64,000 nucleotides of DNA, taken from contig OZ316891.1 of assembly GCA_973895155.1 (NCBI GenBank), forward strand, positions 18,560,948 to 18,624,947. The letters run 5' to 3'. This DNA is from Marsupella aquatica. Lineage: Eukaryota; Plantae; Marchantiophyta. The notes beneath the pieces were generated by a model that saw only the letters and a program-made list of their open reading frames with translations, was not told the origin of the DNA and ran no database searches. Below are positions 37,090 through 48,228 of this stretch, piece after piece; position 1 is the stretch's first letter; the number at the start of each line of letters is the position of its first letter. Both the position numbers and the translations under genes were made by a program.

Positions 37090-40000
37090 CTAGTCTAATC
37101 CAAAGGGGACCGCTTCCCCTTCCTCGGTTCCGGAAGTCCCTGTCGTCAATTCTGGAACAATTGTGGCATCGTCAACCACGCTATCCTCTCCGGCCTGAGG
37201 AATGTCTTCCTCACTCTCCTCATCCATCTCCCCCTGTCCGTCTTCCTCTTCAATGTTATTTGCAAGGTTGAGAATCCTCCCTTTCAACACACTGCTCTGT
37301 CGCTCGTCAATCTCAATGGCAACGCAATGTCTCCCCATGGCCAAGGAGGAGGTTGTCCCAGTCCCTGATCCTGAACAAATATCCAAAACCCAGTCTCCAA
37401 CCTGACTAAAATGACTCACTTCCCAATCTAACAATGCACGTGGTTTCTGATAAACATTCACTGCCTTGTTATCCCCGTTGTGTTTCAGCTTCTTAGTCAC
37501 AGCTGCGCATACAACCACATTGTTCCTTGATTCATTTGTGTCAAAATTGAAGTGCTCCAATGACCGTTTACCATCCTGGCTGTGAAAGCCAATTGTAAAG
37601 CACTCAAAGTTGCTGTTCAATCTTGGTCCACCAGCATTCTTCACATTATCCTTAACCCTGAAAAGTCACAAAAAGTCAAGGAGTTATTTAAACTGAGAAA
37701 CATGGTTCATGAAATCATGAATAACTAATAGTTGTTTTTTTCAAAAAAAATAAAATTCTTACCACACACAATTCTGGAACCCTCCATTACACTCCGCTTT
37801 CAAAATGGTCTTGATGGCCTCATATTGGTCAAGGCTGTGGTGAATGATAATACGCCACAACTTTGCAGTAGTAGCCACCTTGAACGATTGGACCATTTTT
37901 GTGATCTCCTCAGTTCCCCATCCAATAGTGTCTTCATGAAGACATCCAGGCAATGCAAACCCGTAGGGAATATCCACTAAAGCTAATGTGTAAGCCCGAC
38001 CCGGAACCACCTCATGTAATCGCTGAGCATCATGAGTAAAAATATCATAGTGCACATCACCAAACTCTGGATGCTCAAACGAATTTGGATGAAGTTCCCC
38101 CTCTTGGGTTTGCCGACTAGAAGTCTTCATGGATAGCCAATTTTGGGCTTGCACAATATGCGCATTGAATTTGTCCGGGAATGACTTGAGATCTTTGCCT
38201 TCCTCATCTCCCTTCTTTTTCCGGGAGGTGGTATCTTTCTACAAAAAGGAACTGTAGAATTAGAAACAAGGATTCCAAATATTAAATGAATTCAAACAAT
38301 CATTTGAAGAAAGGTGACAGAATCTTACCCATGTCTGGAAAACAGGTACGAAATTCTTAAGCACATTGTCTGTGCAATGCTTAGGGTACTTGGTTTTACA
38401 ACCTGACCAACTCTCCTCGTGTAGACACGTGAGGAAGGCCTTCTGCACCTGCATCTGAAATTTGTGTCGAGTAAATTCGTGACCCATTTCCTGTAAAGAG
38501 AGTTCTTTAGTAAGAACTCTCTGTAACACTGGGCAAATCATATCAGGATCTTTCAAGGCCTGCATGTGTCTCCACTCTGTTAATTTCATGTCCTCATAAG
38601 GCAATTTGGCATCTCCAGACTTAGAGACTTTCTTCTTGCCTTTGTCTCCTTTTTGACCTTTGATCTCACACATCTCCCACTTGTCACAAATCTGTCTCAC
38701 AAATGACCACACAGGATCTTGTCGGAATGCCAACTGAAATAGGTTATCATTGGCATTAAGAACCTCAGCATCCTTTCGTACACCCCAATCCTTGAGATTG
38801 ATTTCAGTAGCACACTCTTTCTTGAAATCCTGGTTGGACGACAATCCATTCTCAACAAATCTCATGTGAATATAATTTACTCTCTGGATTGTCGTCATCT
38901 GTTGTCAAAATTCAGAATCAATATTGTGACTCCACGCAAGGTTTCTTGCCTCTTGCACACTCAATCCCGCAAATATCCAAGATTGCACTCTCCAAAATGC
39001 CTTGTTGTTAGGGAACTGAAGAGCAAGGTCTGCTTTGGCACAGGCTGAATGGTTGCCCCCAATCACATAATAATGGTAATCAGCTTTCCTTGAAAAATCA
39101 AAGTCTTGCCTAGTAGCACACTCCTTCGGATCCACCAAGAGGACAAACGGAGCTGCAAGTGGACTGGCACCTACAGTCTTCATCCGCAAGGTCAATTGGG
39201 TCAAGAAATATGGTTGGATGTGTCGGACCTGGTAAATGGGCAAGCCCACAGCCTTCTCTCTCACTAGAGGGTAAAGTTGACCAATGTCAACGGTCACGGT
39301 CTCCTCTTGAACACCACATCTTCCCAGAATCTCCTCCTGGTACAATACCCGTGCATCCATTGACATTGATTGAGCCTTTTGCTCCAAATGCGTTGGAATT
39401 TTCTCCAAAGTCTTCTTTTTTGACTTTGTAGCACTGGGCTCGGTAGGCTCAGGAGTCATAGCAGGTCGCTTCTTTGAAGAAATGCGAGTTCCAGTCGTAC
39501 CTTGTGCCGACCCACCAGTCAAAGCCGTTCCCTGGGATGATCTGCCAACTTGAGATCCCCCTCCAGATGCTGCTGCTTCCTGGGAGGTTGTAGGCGCTAC
39601 CACGGTCAAAATATCATTGGGTAAAATGCTAGGCCTCGATCCAGAAGGAACACCGGAAGCCCCAGATTTGGGTGGACGACTTACTCCCTTCTCTGCCGAC
39701 CTTTTCCGGAGAATCTCTCTTGATTTTCGGATTGCACTCTTTAAAGTGCTAGCGTGAAATTCAAACACAAAACCGGAAATCTTTCCCGCGACGTCGTGGT
39801 AACATTCCTCACTCGAAAGAGACTTGACAGTCTCAATGATGCTATCGATGTCCTCATCGAGATAGCAGGTGGCAGCCGTTCCAGAAAACCTCTCCACATC
39901 CACGACAATCAAAGTTGATGTTTCTTTCGTTGTGATCAACATGTTCACAACTTCGTCGCCCCGTCGAAATACATCGATGCGGCCGTAATTTACCCACCCT

Positions 40001-40158
40001 AATGCCCCCGATGGAAGCCCCTCAAATACACACAGCATTAGGAAGGGCTTCTTCCATGTTTCCGTCCCTAAGGAAATCGTCCAGGATGAGTTGTGGAAGT
40101 CCGTCAAAGGATGGCGCGAAAAGATGTCATCCACCAGCTCTTCCTGCGACATTGTCAT
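37090..40158 (-). CDS. ParB/Srx-like domain fused to a beta-class N4C/N6A DNA methyltransferase; 3 exons (40158-38329, 38238-37763, 37657-37090), one in-frame TGA at 38905-38907
   Basis: YYVIGGNHS; motif IV LALVDIPYG; CVWVKDN..FE; YQKPRALL..SQVGDWVLDICSGSGTG..MGRHCVAIEID (motifs X-I-II). Both GT-AG introns splice in frame. Confidence 0.85.
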
Positions 40159-40317
40159 GTTTTTGCCTGATCTTCAAACCTGAGAACATACCACAAAATC
40201 AGTCCACTTCAACCCCAACCTGCGAGACAAAGTGCCACAGAACCAAGGAATGTGCCAACAAATGGCTACCGTGTCCTTACGGATCTAACAACGCTCTTGG
40301 CCACCCCAGGACTCCTA

Positions 40318-40425
40318 TCATGAATTCATGAAGGGAGTCTCCCTCTCGCTCCGACCTTCATGAATTCATGAAGGGAGTCTCCCTCTCGCTCCGACCTTCA
40401 TGAATTCATGAAGGGAGTCTCCTCT
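40318..40425. repeat. 40-bp tandem repeat with palindrome TCATGAATTCATGA in the divergent intergenic region
   Basis: Three palindrome copies at ~40318, 40358 and 40398. Similar sites occur at ~41307 and ~44438. Confidence 0.85.
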
Positions 40426-40955
40426 CTCTTTGCTTGTACACCTCGGTGATGCAGAAGGGTATTTAAAATAGGGTTCGGAGGGGGGTGACGTGAAGAAATT
40501 ACTACCTAAAACAGGGTCGAAATGAAGTGCGACCGCGACAACTCGCGACACGTCACCGATGAGTGCTGAAAATGGCACGAAATTGGACAGCGAGATTGTT
40601 TTTCACTCTTTTACAAAGGAAATCCAAATGACATTGAGTGAAAATGAATGGGCTGCCCCGTGTTCCTTGGTTATACATACTAATCACGGATCAGGCGCGA
40701 CTTAGTAAAATTAACCCAGAATCATGATAAATCAATGTTTTTGGGCCAATTATTCATGAATATTTTGGGGTATTAACGGGAAAAAGCTTGCAAATTTCAT
40801 GAATATTTGATATTTTTGAAGTTAAAAAGTCCCAACAATCCGTGAAAAACTATAAATAGGCTCGTTTATTCATGACTCTTGGTCATTATTTTGAGAAGAT
40901 TTGTTAGATTTTACTGATTTTCTGAGTTTCTTGTCAATTTGCACTAGTTTTTCCA

Positions 40956-43900
40956 ATGGCGGCGTGTTACGAATCAGATGATTATTCAGATGGAGTTTCT
41001 GATGATGTTTCATTGCCGGATGGCCCCTGCACAGTGGTTGGCCCAGATATCCCTGGAATAACTACTGTTTTAGATATGCCACCCCCCACCCCTATGAGCA
41101 AGTTAAAACGTAGTCCTTTACGACTTGCAATTAGTGGGAAGAAATCATTGGTCGGTGGTAAAGAGAGGTCAGGGAGCTCCTCTGACTCCTTGGAGAGTAT
41201 TGGTCCCCCTGGACGTCAAGTTGTATCTCCTTTGTCACCAACAAAGGACAAATTGGGGAGTAATCTGGAAGGTTCAATGCCTATTTGGATGTCTGGGAAA
41301 CGGTCTCATGAATTCATGAAGACTGGATTTGGAAAGACGAAGAAGGCACTAAGTGGGGAAAATGACAGAGATTTTTGCAGTCTCCAAAGTGTTCAGCGGC
41401 TGAAGCAAATGCCAAAAAGTAAAACCTTTGGTAAGCCAACGTCGGAAACATTTCACAGGGGGATGAGGGAAGAAACTAGACGACCAGTGTTATTGAAAAG
41501 TATTCCAGAAAAGAATTCTAATGTGCGTTCCTCAGTTTTACCTAGGAGTCATGGTGTTGGGGCAGGGAGCGGATCAAGTCACGGAAACTCAAACAGGGAA
41601 ACGAACCTGGTGGAGAGGGACCCTAGGAAAATATTGAAAGGGTCCCTACACGGTAATGGAGGGATTTCTGAAATACGCCCAGGTATTCCAAGGCTGCATA
41701 GAGTGAAGGAAGAGCCTCCATCTCCGGAGGCTGCAGGTCTGGAATCTAGGCATGTTCAGAAGCAAATGTTGGTGACCATTTCATCATGAAAGCGAGTCTT
41801 CGGAGAGTGGGGAGGATGATGATGTTCCGGTGGCATCTAGTCGTTACAAACGTACGAGCAACGCCACTTTGTGTGAAACAAAGTTGAAAGAGGAGGATAT
41901 CAAGAAAACAAATAGTAAGTACTGTTGTCAGAGTCATTGTCTCCTAAGTCTATCTCCAAAAGAAATTCGTGAGGCGCGTTCTAAATTTTTGAGGCAGAAA
42001 TCTCAGGATCGATCTTTATCTTTGCAGTGGCTTATAAAGCGAGACGGAAATGAAGGAGGGAGGCAGACTATATCTTACACGTTTGGTCAAAAGAGTATTT
42101 GTCGGAAAGCTTTCAAGCTTATATTTTGCGTTGGCAATCATAGATTAAATAGAATTTTGAAATTAGACAACCAAGACTTAGGATATTCTAAACCAGTTGG
42201 ACGCCCTCCATCTGTTAAAAGATTAGTCTTGGTCAGTTGGCTTAGGTCGTTTTTTGAGACACGCGTGGAAACATTGCCAAATAAAGAAGTTTCACATTTA
42301 CCGGATAATTATTCAAAGCTGGAGGTATGGAAGATCTACGACTCCAACTATGCCAAGATTGATGAATCTTCAAAAATATCCTATCGACAATTCTTGAAAG
42401 TTTGGGTTCAAGAATTTGGTCATGTGAAGATTCCTCCAGTCAATCGATTCAGTGCTTGCGCGGATTGCGAGGAGTTCAAATCAATTCGGGACAAAGCTGT
42501 CTCGGAGACCGAAAAGAGTAAGTTACTTACAAGTTTGACAAGTTTTTGTTTCAAGAATATGGCTTAACACATGATTTCTAATTTTTTTTTAAGAAACTAA
42601 CAAGTTGTTTTTCCAGGGCGAGGGGAAATTATGTTACAAAAACATAGAGACCAACAATCCAAAGAACGTGAGAAACTCGCGAAGCATCGTAAGAAATGTT
42701 TTTCAAATTCTGATAAATATTTGGGAGTTGTCATTGATGGGATGGATCAGAAGAAGACAAGGTTGCCTCATTGGCCGCGGCCCCCAAAATCGGTGGACGA
42801 AACATGTTTGATCCAAATGCACGTTGTCGGCTGCCTGGTTTTCAATGGTGCATTATTTTCAAGAGTGTTTCTTAATTATCCTGTATTGCATAATGATGGA
42901 AACTTGACAGTCACAATCCTGCAAAGGGTGTTTCACGAATGGGAAGAAAAGCCTGGTGGCTTGCCGCCTGTTCTCTATCTTCAACTTGATAATACCAGTA
43001 GAGAAAATAAAAATAATTTACTCTTTGCCTATCTTCATATGTTGATTCGAAGAAAGGTTTTTCGGAAAATCAAACTAGGATTCTTGTTGGTTGGACACAC
43101 ACACGACCAAATAGATCAAATGTTCAGTCGATTTTCTAAACGACTAGCAAGGTTTAAGGCATTCACATACGAAAGCCTATGTGATATTATTTGTGAATCA
43201 TATCAACCCCAACCAAATATCACTCTTTTAAAGGAAACATATGATTTCCGTCAATATGCCTTCTCAGATCCACCTTTAGTCATTGAAAGGATTCGAAATG
43301 TTACCTTCCACCACCAGTACAAATTTGCATTTGACAAGTTGGAAAATCAAGTTCCAACCCAATGGGGGAAGAAGTTTTCCACGGACTCAACTTGGAAACC
43401 TGACGGAGGCGTGAAATTTTTGAGGGAAGAGGAGCCAGAAAAGGTGATGGGTTGTGCTCCCGGATTACCCCTTTTCAAAAAGGGGGATAAGAACGTTACA
43501 AGGACTCAACCAAATATGTCTAGTTCTTCAAGAATGACTTTGAAGGAGATGGATGATTCGTTAAATGAGATTCAAAAGGGAATACTTGCAGTTGAAACTT
43601 TATTCTCAGAAGAGGAAGTGAACTGGTGGAGAATGTTTTTTGAAGAGCAACGGGAATTGAATAAATCTTTGCTCCTTGATCAAAGACCATTGATTTTCCC
43701 TTTTCAATGGCCACGCTCCCAAAGGGAGATTGCTGTTGCTGCTGAAGTTCCCAGAGTCCTTGTCAATGAAGAGGAAATTGAAGAGAGAGTATACGGACCT
43801 ACCAGAGATATATACGTGGGTCCTTATCGGAATCAAGGAAAGATAGATGCAGAGAAGGAGAATATGGAAGGAGACTTTTTGGATCTTGAAGTCAACACTT

Positions 43901-44349
43901 ATATTTCTGTTGCTGGAGAAGAATCGGAAACATTTTGGGTGGCCAAGGTGGAAAGAATTGACCAGCGCGACGAGTTCAACATTCCAAAAATGATTTATGT
44001 TTTATGGCATGCTACAAAAACCGGGTCAGATCCTTGGAAAGCCAAGTACTTACCAGAAGTCTTAAACTACGAAAAGAAGAAAAGTGGTCGTGGGAAAGGA
44101 ACTTTGAAACCAATATGGTTTCACCAAGAGCTTGATTTATCTTCAACGACTGTTTTTGCTTACAACTTCATGTTGACAAAATCTGATACATTGTACAAAA
44201 AGACAATAGATCGAATCAAAATCCGATTGACTGAATTTTTGGCAGAAGAGAAAGAGCAAGAACAAGAGAATGGATCAACTAGAACCCCGCTAGGAGATAA
44301 ATCTAGGGATATTTCGTTTCAAGAATTGAGGACTTCTGGATCTGAGTAA
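40956..44349 (+). CDS. DUF7869-family D-D-D transposase; intron 42518-42616, probable 1-nt frameshift near 41787
   Basis: ICRKAF, FSACADC, VIDGMDQKK, LYLQLDNTSRENKN, FLLVGHTHDQIDQMFS. The long ORFs are otherwise intact and lie between the TIRs. Confidence 0.85.
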
Positions 44350-45979
44350 TGAAAAGTAGTTATTGTTTGTGACATTACCATTGAAAAACATGGATAACTT
44401 GAAAATTTACAAATTTTCAAAATGCCTTTACCACTTATTCATGAATTCATGGTTAAAGTTTCTTGAGAAATTTGTAGTTTAATATTATCTTAGTGGGTTG
44501 TGTTTCAATTCAATTAGATGGTGTCATTTCTATTCTCCTTGTCTTCTTTTCACAATAATGTGTATCAGGTTAAGTTGTAGTAATTTATTTTCTGGTTTTA
44601 AATGACAATGGCTTTTGGAGGTGATTTAGTTGTTGTTTCAAAAGACACCTCGTGTAATTGTGAGACCATTGTAGATAATAGTGTTGTATTTGAGATCATT
44701 TATTGGTGGAATATAACTTCAGATGAATTTGGTCATTTTAGGTGTCAAAACATAGCTAGTTTATGTCATATTTTGTTCGCTCCATATTTTTGCTCTAAAA
44801 TAGGTGCTAATTTTTGCACTTTTTTTGACTTTTTCGTTGTTTTTCTGATTTTTTGGCTAGAGTTCCTAAAGTATGGGCTTGTTACTCATCATTTAAGGCT
44901 TCTTGTTAAGATCATGACTACTATTCTAGACTGGGTAGCAGACACCACAATGAATGGTTTCGTGGATGAAAGCACAACATCATAACCCCTTTCTCCATAC
45001 CTACGGACTATTGCCTCCTTGGCGGCTACCTTGGGTCGAGTTACAAAACGAATATCTCCCAACGAGAAAAAAACGGGAGGTTCATCGGAGGGAGGTTTGT
45101 TGAGATCCATCTCAATATAAGATAAAAATTGTGCAAGCCCAATCTTGCCCATAAACTACATAAGGGTATACAATCGGCTCTATTGAATTTAAGATCGCAA
45201 TTGCAAATGCTTCTCCAAAGTGAAAAGTCATATGCTGACGCATGATCTCTTTTTGGAGTACATGAATTCTAATAAGGAAAGGATTAGGGAGAGGAAGAAC
45301 AGGTACTGGTCTGGGCATTATTATACTATCAAATATTCCATCCAACTAATATTCATTCTAATGACAAGATATAGAATCATTCAACGAAAAGATCATTCAT
45401 TTCAAACAAATACTGTGCATTGAGTTAACTCTAAGTATATACATACAGATATTCATCTTAATAAGTTTATCTTCTTTTGAATAAAAACGCTATCTGAAGG
45501 TCCAACGCGCACAAATTACCACCGACTGAGCTAAGCTCCAAGCCAGCGTGCATGCGTGGGTCTACTTCATAAGGGTTTCATCCAAAAGGAGCATATGATG
45601 TTAAGGTATTGTTGAGCACTTTGTATCTCTTTAGGACTTAATAACTATCTCCTATCAAATGATAATATTTGAAGGTCCAACTCATACAAAATATCTCTGG
45701 CCAAGCCGAAGCTCTAAGCAAGCGTGTATGAGTGGGTCTACTTCATAAGGGTTATATTCATAGAGGAGGTCATCAAGTCCAATGGATTCTTAAGGCTTCA
45801 CAACTCGGTTGATGAAAAATGGGGAGTGAGTGGAGAGAGCCCCTCTCCTCTTTATTTATAGTGCTAACATCTCAAGCACACGGATCAAGCATGGCACACA
45901 GATGGAAGCCATGTGTCATATATCCAAGGCAAGTAAGTGTGCTAGTACTGTAGTTACGTGAGTGGAGCAACTGTAGGCA

Positions 45980-46355
45980 GTACACTGTAGCATGCACACT
46001 GTAGATCGTACATTGTAGCATGCACACTATAAATCGTACACTGTAGCATGCACACTGTAGATCGTACACTATAGCATGCACACTGTAGATCGTACACTGT
46101 AGCATGCACACTGTAGGTCTTGTACTAAAGCATGCACACTGTAGATCGTACACTGTAGCATGCACACTGTAGATCGTACACTGTAGCATGCATACTGTAG
46201 ATTGTACACTATAGCATGCACACTATAGATTGTACAATGTAGCATGCACACTATAGGTCTTGCACTGTAGCATGCACACTGTAGATCGTACACTATAGCA
46301 TGCACACTGTAGGTCTTGCACTGTAGCATGCACACTGTAGATCGTACACTATAGA
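45980..46355. repeat. 28-bp minisatellite CACTGTAGCATGCACACTGTAGATCGTA, about 13 units
   Basis: Directly visible; each unit is two 14-bp subunits. Confidence 0.95.
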
Positions 46356-46447
46356 CTGTATATAATACGAGAATTCAAACTACTATCCTATACTACTAAG
46401 CTATACTTAGAAGGAACTTACTAAACAAAGAATCCCCATGACAATGG

Positions 46448-48228
46448 GATCCCAGAATCTATGCCCATTTTGCACTTGGTGGATTGTGGGCGAGTGATCC
46501 TGGTTTCACAGTCTTGTCTCTTTTGAAGTTGTTCAGGGATCTTGAGTCATTCTCTGGGGATAAGACTGGAGACTTATCGCTGAGGAGCACAGACGTGTCT
46601 GATCCTATTTTTGTTGCACTTTTAGATCGGCGGGCTTTTGAGATTGGCTATCTAGAAAGGAAGAATATGGATTTTGACCATTTTAAAGGACTTGAAAACG
46701 AGGCTCCGCGCAAGCCTTGCATGGAACCCTCGTCCTCTGATTCTTTTCGACCACTTCCACGCCATTTGCACCTCCAACTTGACAATTCAGGGAAGGACAA
46801 TAAGAATCAGACCATGATCGCATATTGTAGTGAGCTTGTTCTTCGAGGAGTGTTTGAGTCCGTTACACTCTCCTTCCTGATGGTTGGTCATACTCATGAG
46901 GATGTTGACGCATTCTTTTCACGAGTAGGAATTCGGATTTATAATCGTGAGTTACCTTCTTTAGTTTGATGGCTGAAGTTTGGGAGTGTGAGAAGAAGCA
47001 TCCAGTCCCAAGATTCATTCGAGAGGTTGTCGGATACAAAGCTTATGTTTCTTCTTATGTGAAGAAGATCCAAGGTCAGTTGGCCCCTGTGCAGTTCTTG
47101 TTTTCAATGAAAGAAAATACACCTATTTATCAATATCGGGAGAAAATTGATTCGCTGTGGCTACCTACAAAAGGTCACTCCATTTGGAAAACTACTGGAA
47201 AGGACTCTGTGTTTCCCTCCGGAAATCCTCTTTCAAAACAAATGGAGTCAACTCATAAGCGAGCGAGTGACATTCTTGAATACCTCGTTCATTACGTTTC
47301 ATGGCTAAAAGCCGCTTAGAAAGATGTCACATCAGAGGGATATCATTTCCAATCCCCAAAAATTGAGTATTGGGAAAATGTCATCAGGGTCTTCGAAGGT
47401 TTCCTATGCTCTGTGCCTAATCTGGAGAGGGACTATCTGCTACTCGATGGGTTTTGGCCAAGAACTAACCATGGAACCGGATATCAAGCTGAGGTTGGGA
47501 TTTCTGAGAATAACATTGGCTCAGTCAACGATGTCATGTGCCTTGAGCGTGAACTTCAGGAAGATCAATATGAGAGACAGATTTGTTGACCACCGCTCGG
47601 AGCGAGAAAGGTCAAGATTCTCCCCACTTGAGGATATTAAAAAGGATACGTTTGTTATTCTTCATCCAACAGATGAATTCAAACAAACAGTTCCCCTTTG
47701 ATTCTGGCTAGGAAGAGCCATGGATCGCGTTATGCGGGTTCCGGATGATGCTCATGCTGGGGAGTTTGAGGTGGAATGGTGGAGACCTGTCCATCAAAAA
47801 TTGTCTGTCCCAGACTCTGAACGATATCGGGTTTGTTTCAATTCTAAACAGTCATGGGAAGTTGATCCAAATTACCAAAGTCCTACAATCCGACACGACT
47901 GCTCGGGGGTCTCACTCCGCGAAAATCTCATATCACGTGCGACGAAGTATAGGGTCCGTTAATTGGGTTTCTCGGAAGACTTAAGAAGATTTGTGTAAGA
48001 ACAATAGGGCCAACTTTATATGTTGGACAACTTGTAAGAATAATAGGGATATTAATATTTTTGACTTTGTAGATGGAAGGCATACAAAGAAGTTAGTGAG
48101 ACCCCCGAGCACGACTGGCTCCTTGCAATGTCTATAATCAATGGTTGGAATTCAAAGGCAAAGGGTAAAGTGAAAGTTCCAGTTCATGTTCTTGAAAGCA
48201 TGAATGCATACATTTCCGAGAACTTCTG
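46448..48228 (+). pseudogene. 3' half of the outer-element DUF7869 transposase
   Basis: LHLQLDNSGKDNKNQ, SFLMVGHTHEDVDAFFS, FWPRTNHG, FEVEWWRP..WEVDP. Contains frameshifts. Confidence 0.85.
47902..48109. mobile_element. MITE, CTCGGGGG family, 208 bp
   Basis: TIR CTCGGGGGTCTCAC and 8-bp TSD CACGACTG. Confidence 0.92.

Larger units (their letters stand above)
36774..44907. mobile_element. 8134-bp TIR DNA transposon (DUF7869/Sola-like) carrying a DNA methyltransferase
   Basis: TIR AACAAGAAGCCTTAAgGGATGAGTccaAAGCC versus the reverse complement of GGCTTGTTACTCATCATTTAAGGCTTCTTGTT. 4-bp TSD AAGA at 36770-36773 and 44908-44911. Confidence 0.9.
36696..46443. mobile_element. TGTC...GACA insertion (~1.6 kb net of the nested element); solo LTR or Ginger-like
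   Basis: Ends TGTCTGGGGGGA / ATCCCCATGACA with flanks ACGG / ATGG. Removal restores the in-frame LTHGRDPRIYAHFALGGLWASDPG. Confidence 0.8.

Noticed and set aside
37090-40158. Bacterial contamination or a restriction-modification system
   Set aside because: The gene has in-frame spliceosomal introns, lies within TIRs and a TSD in plant TE sequence, and has no adjacent endonuclease.
45872-46335. Cys-rich repetitive ORFs and a CRISPR-like appearance
   Set aside because: Head-to-tail 28-bp minisatellite with no unique spacers and no cas genes.
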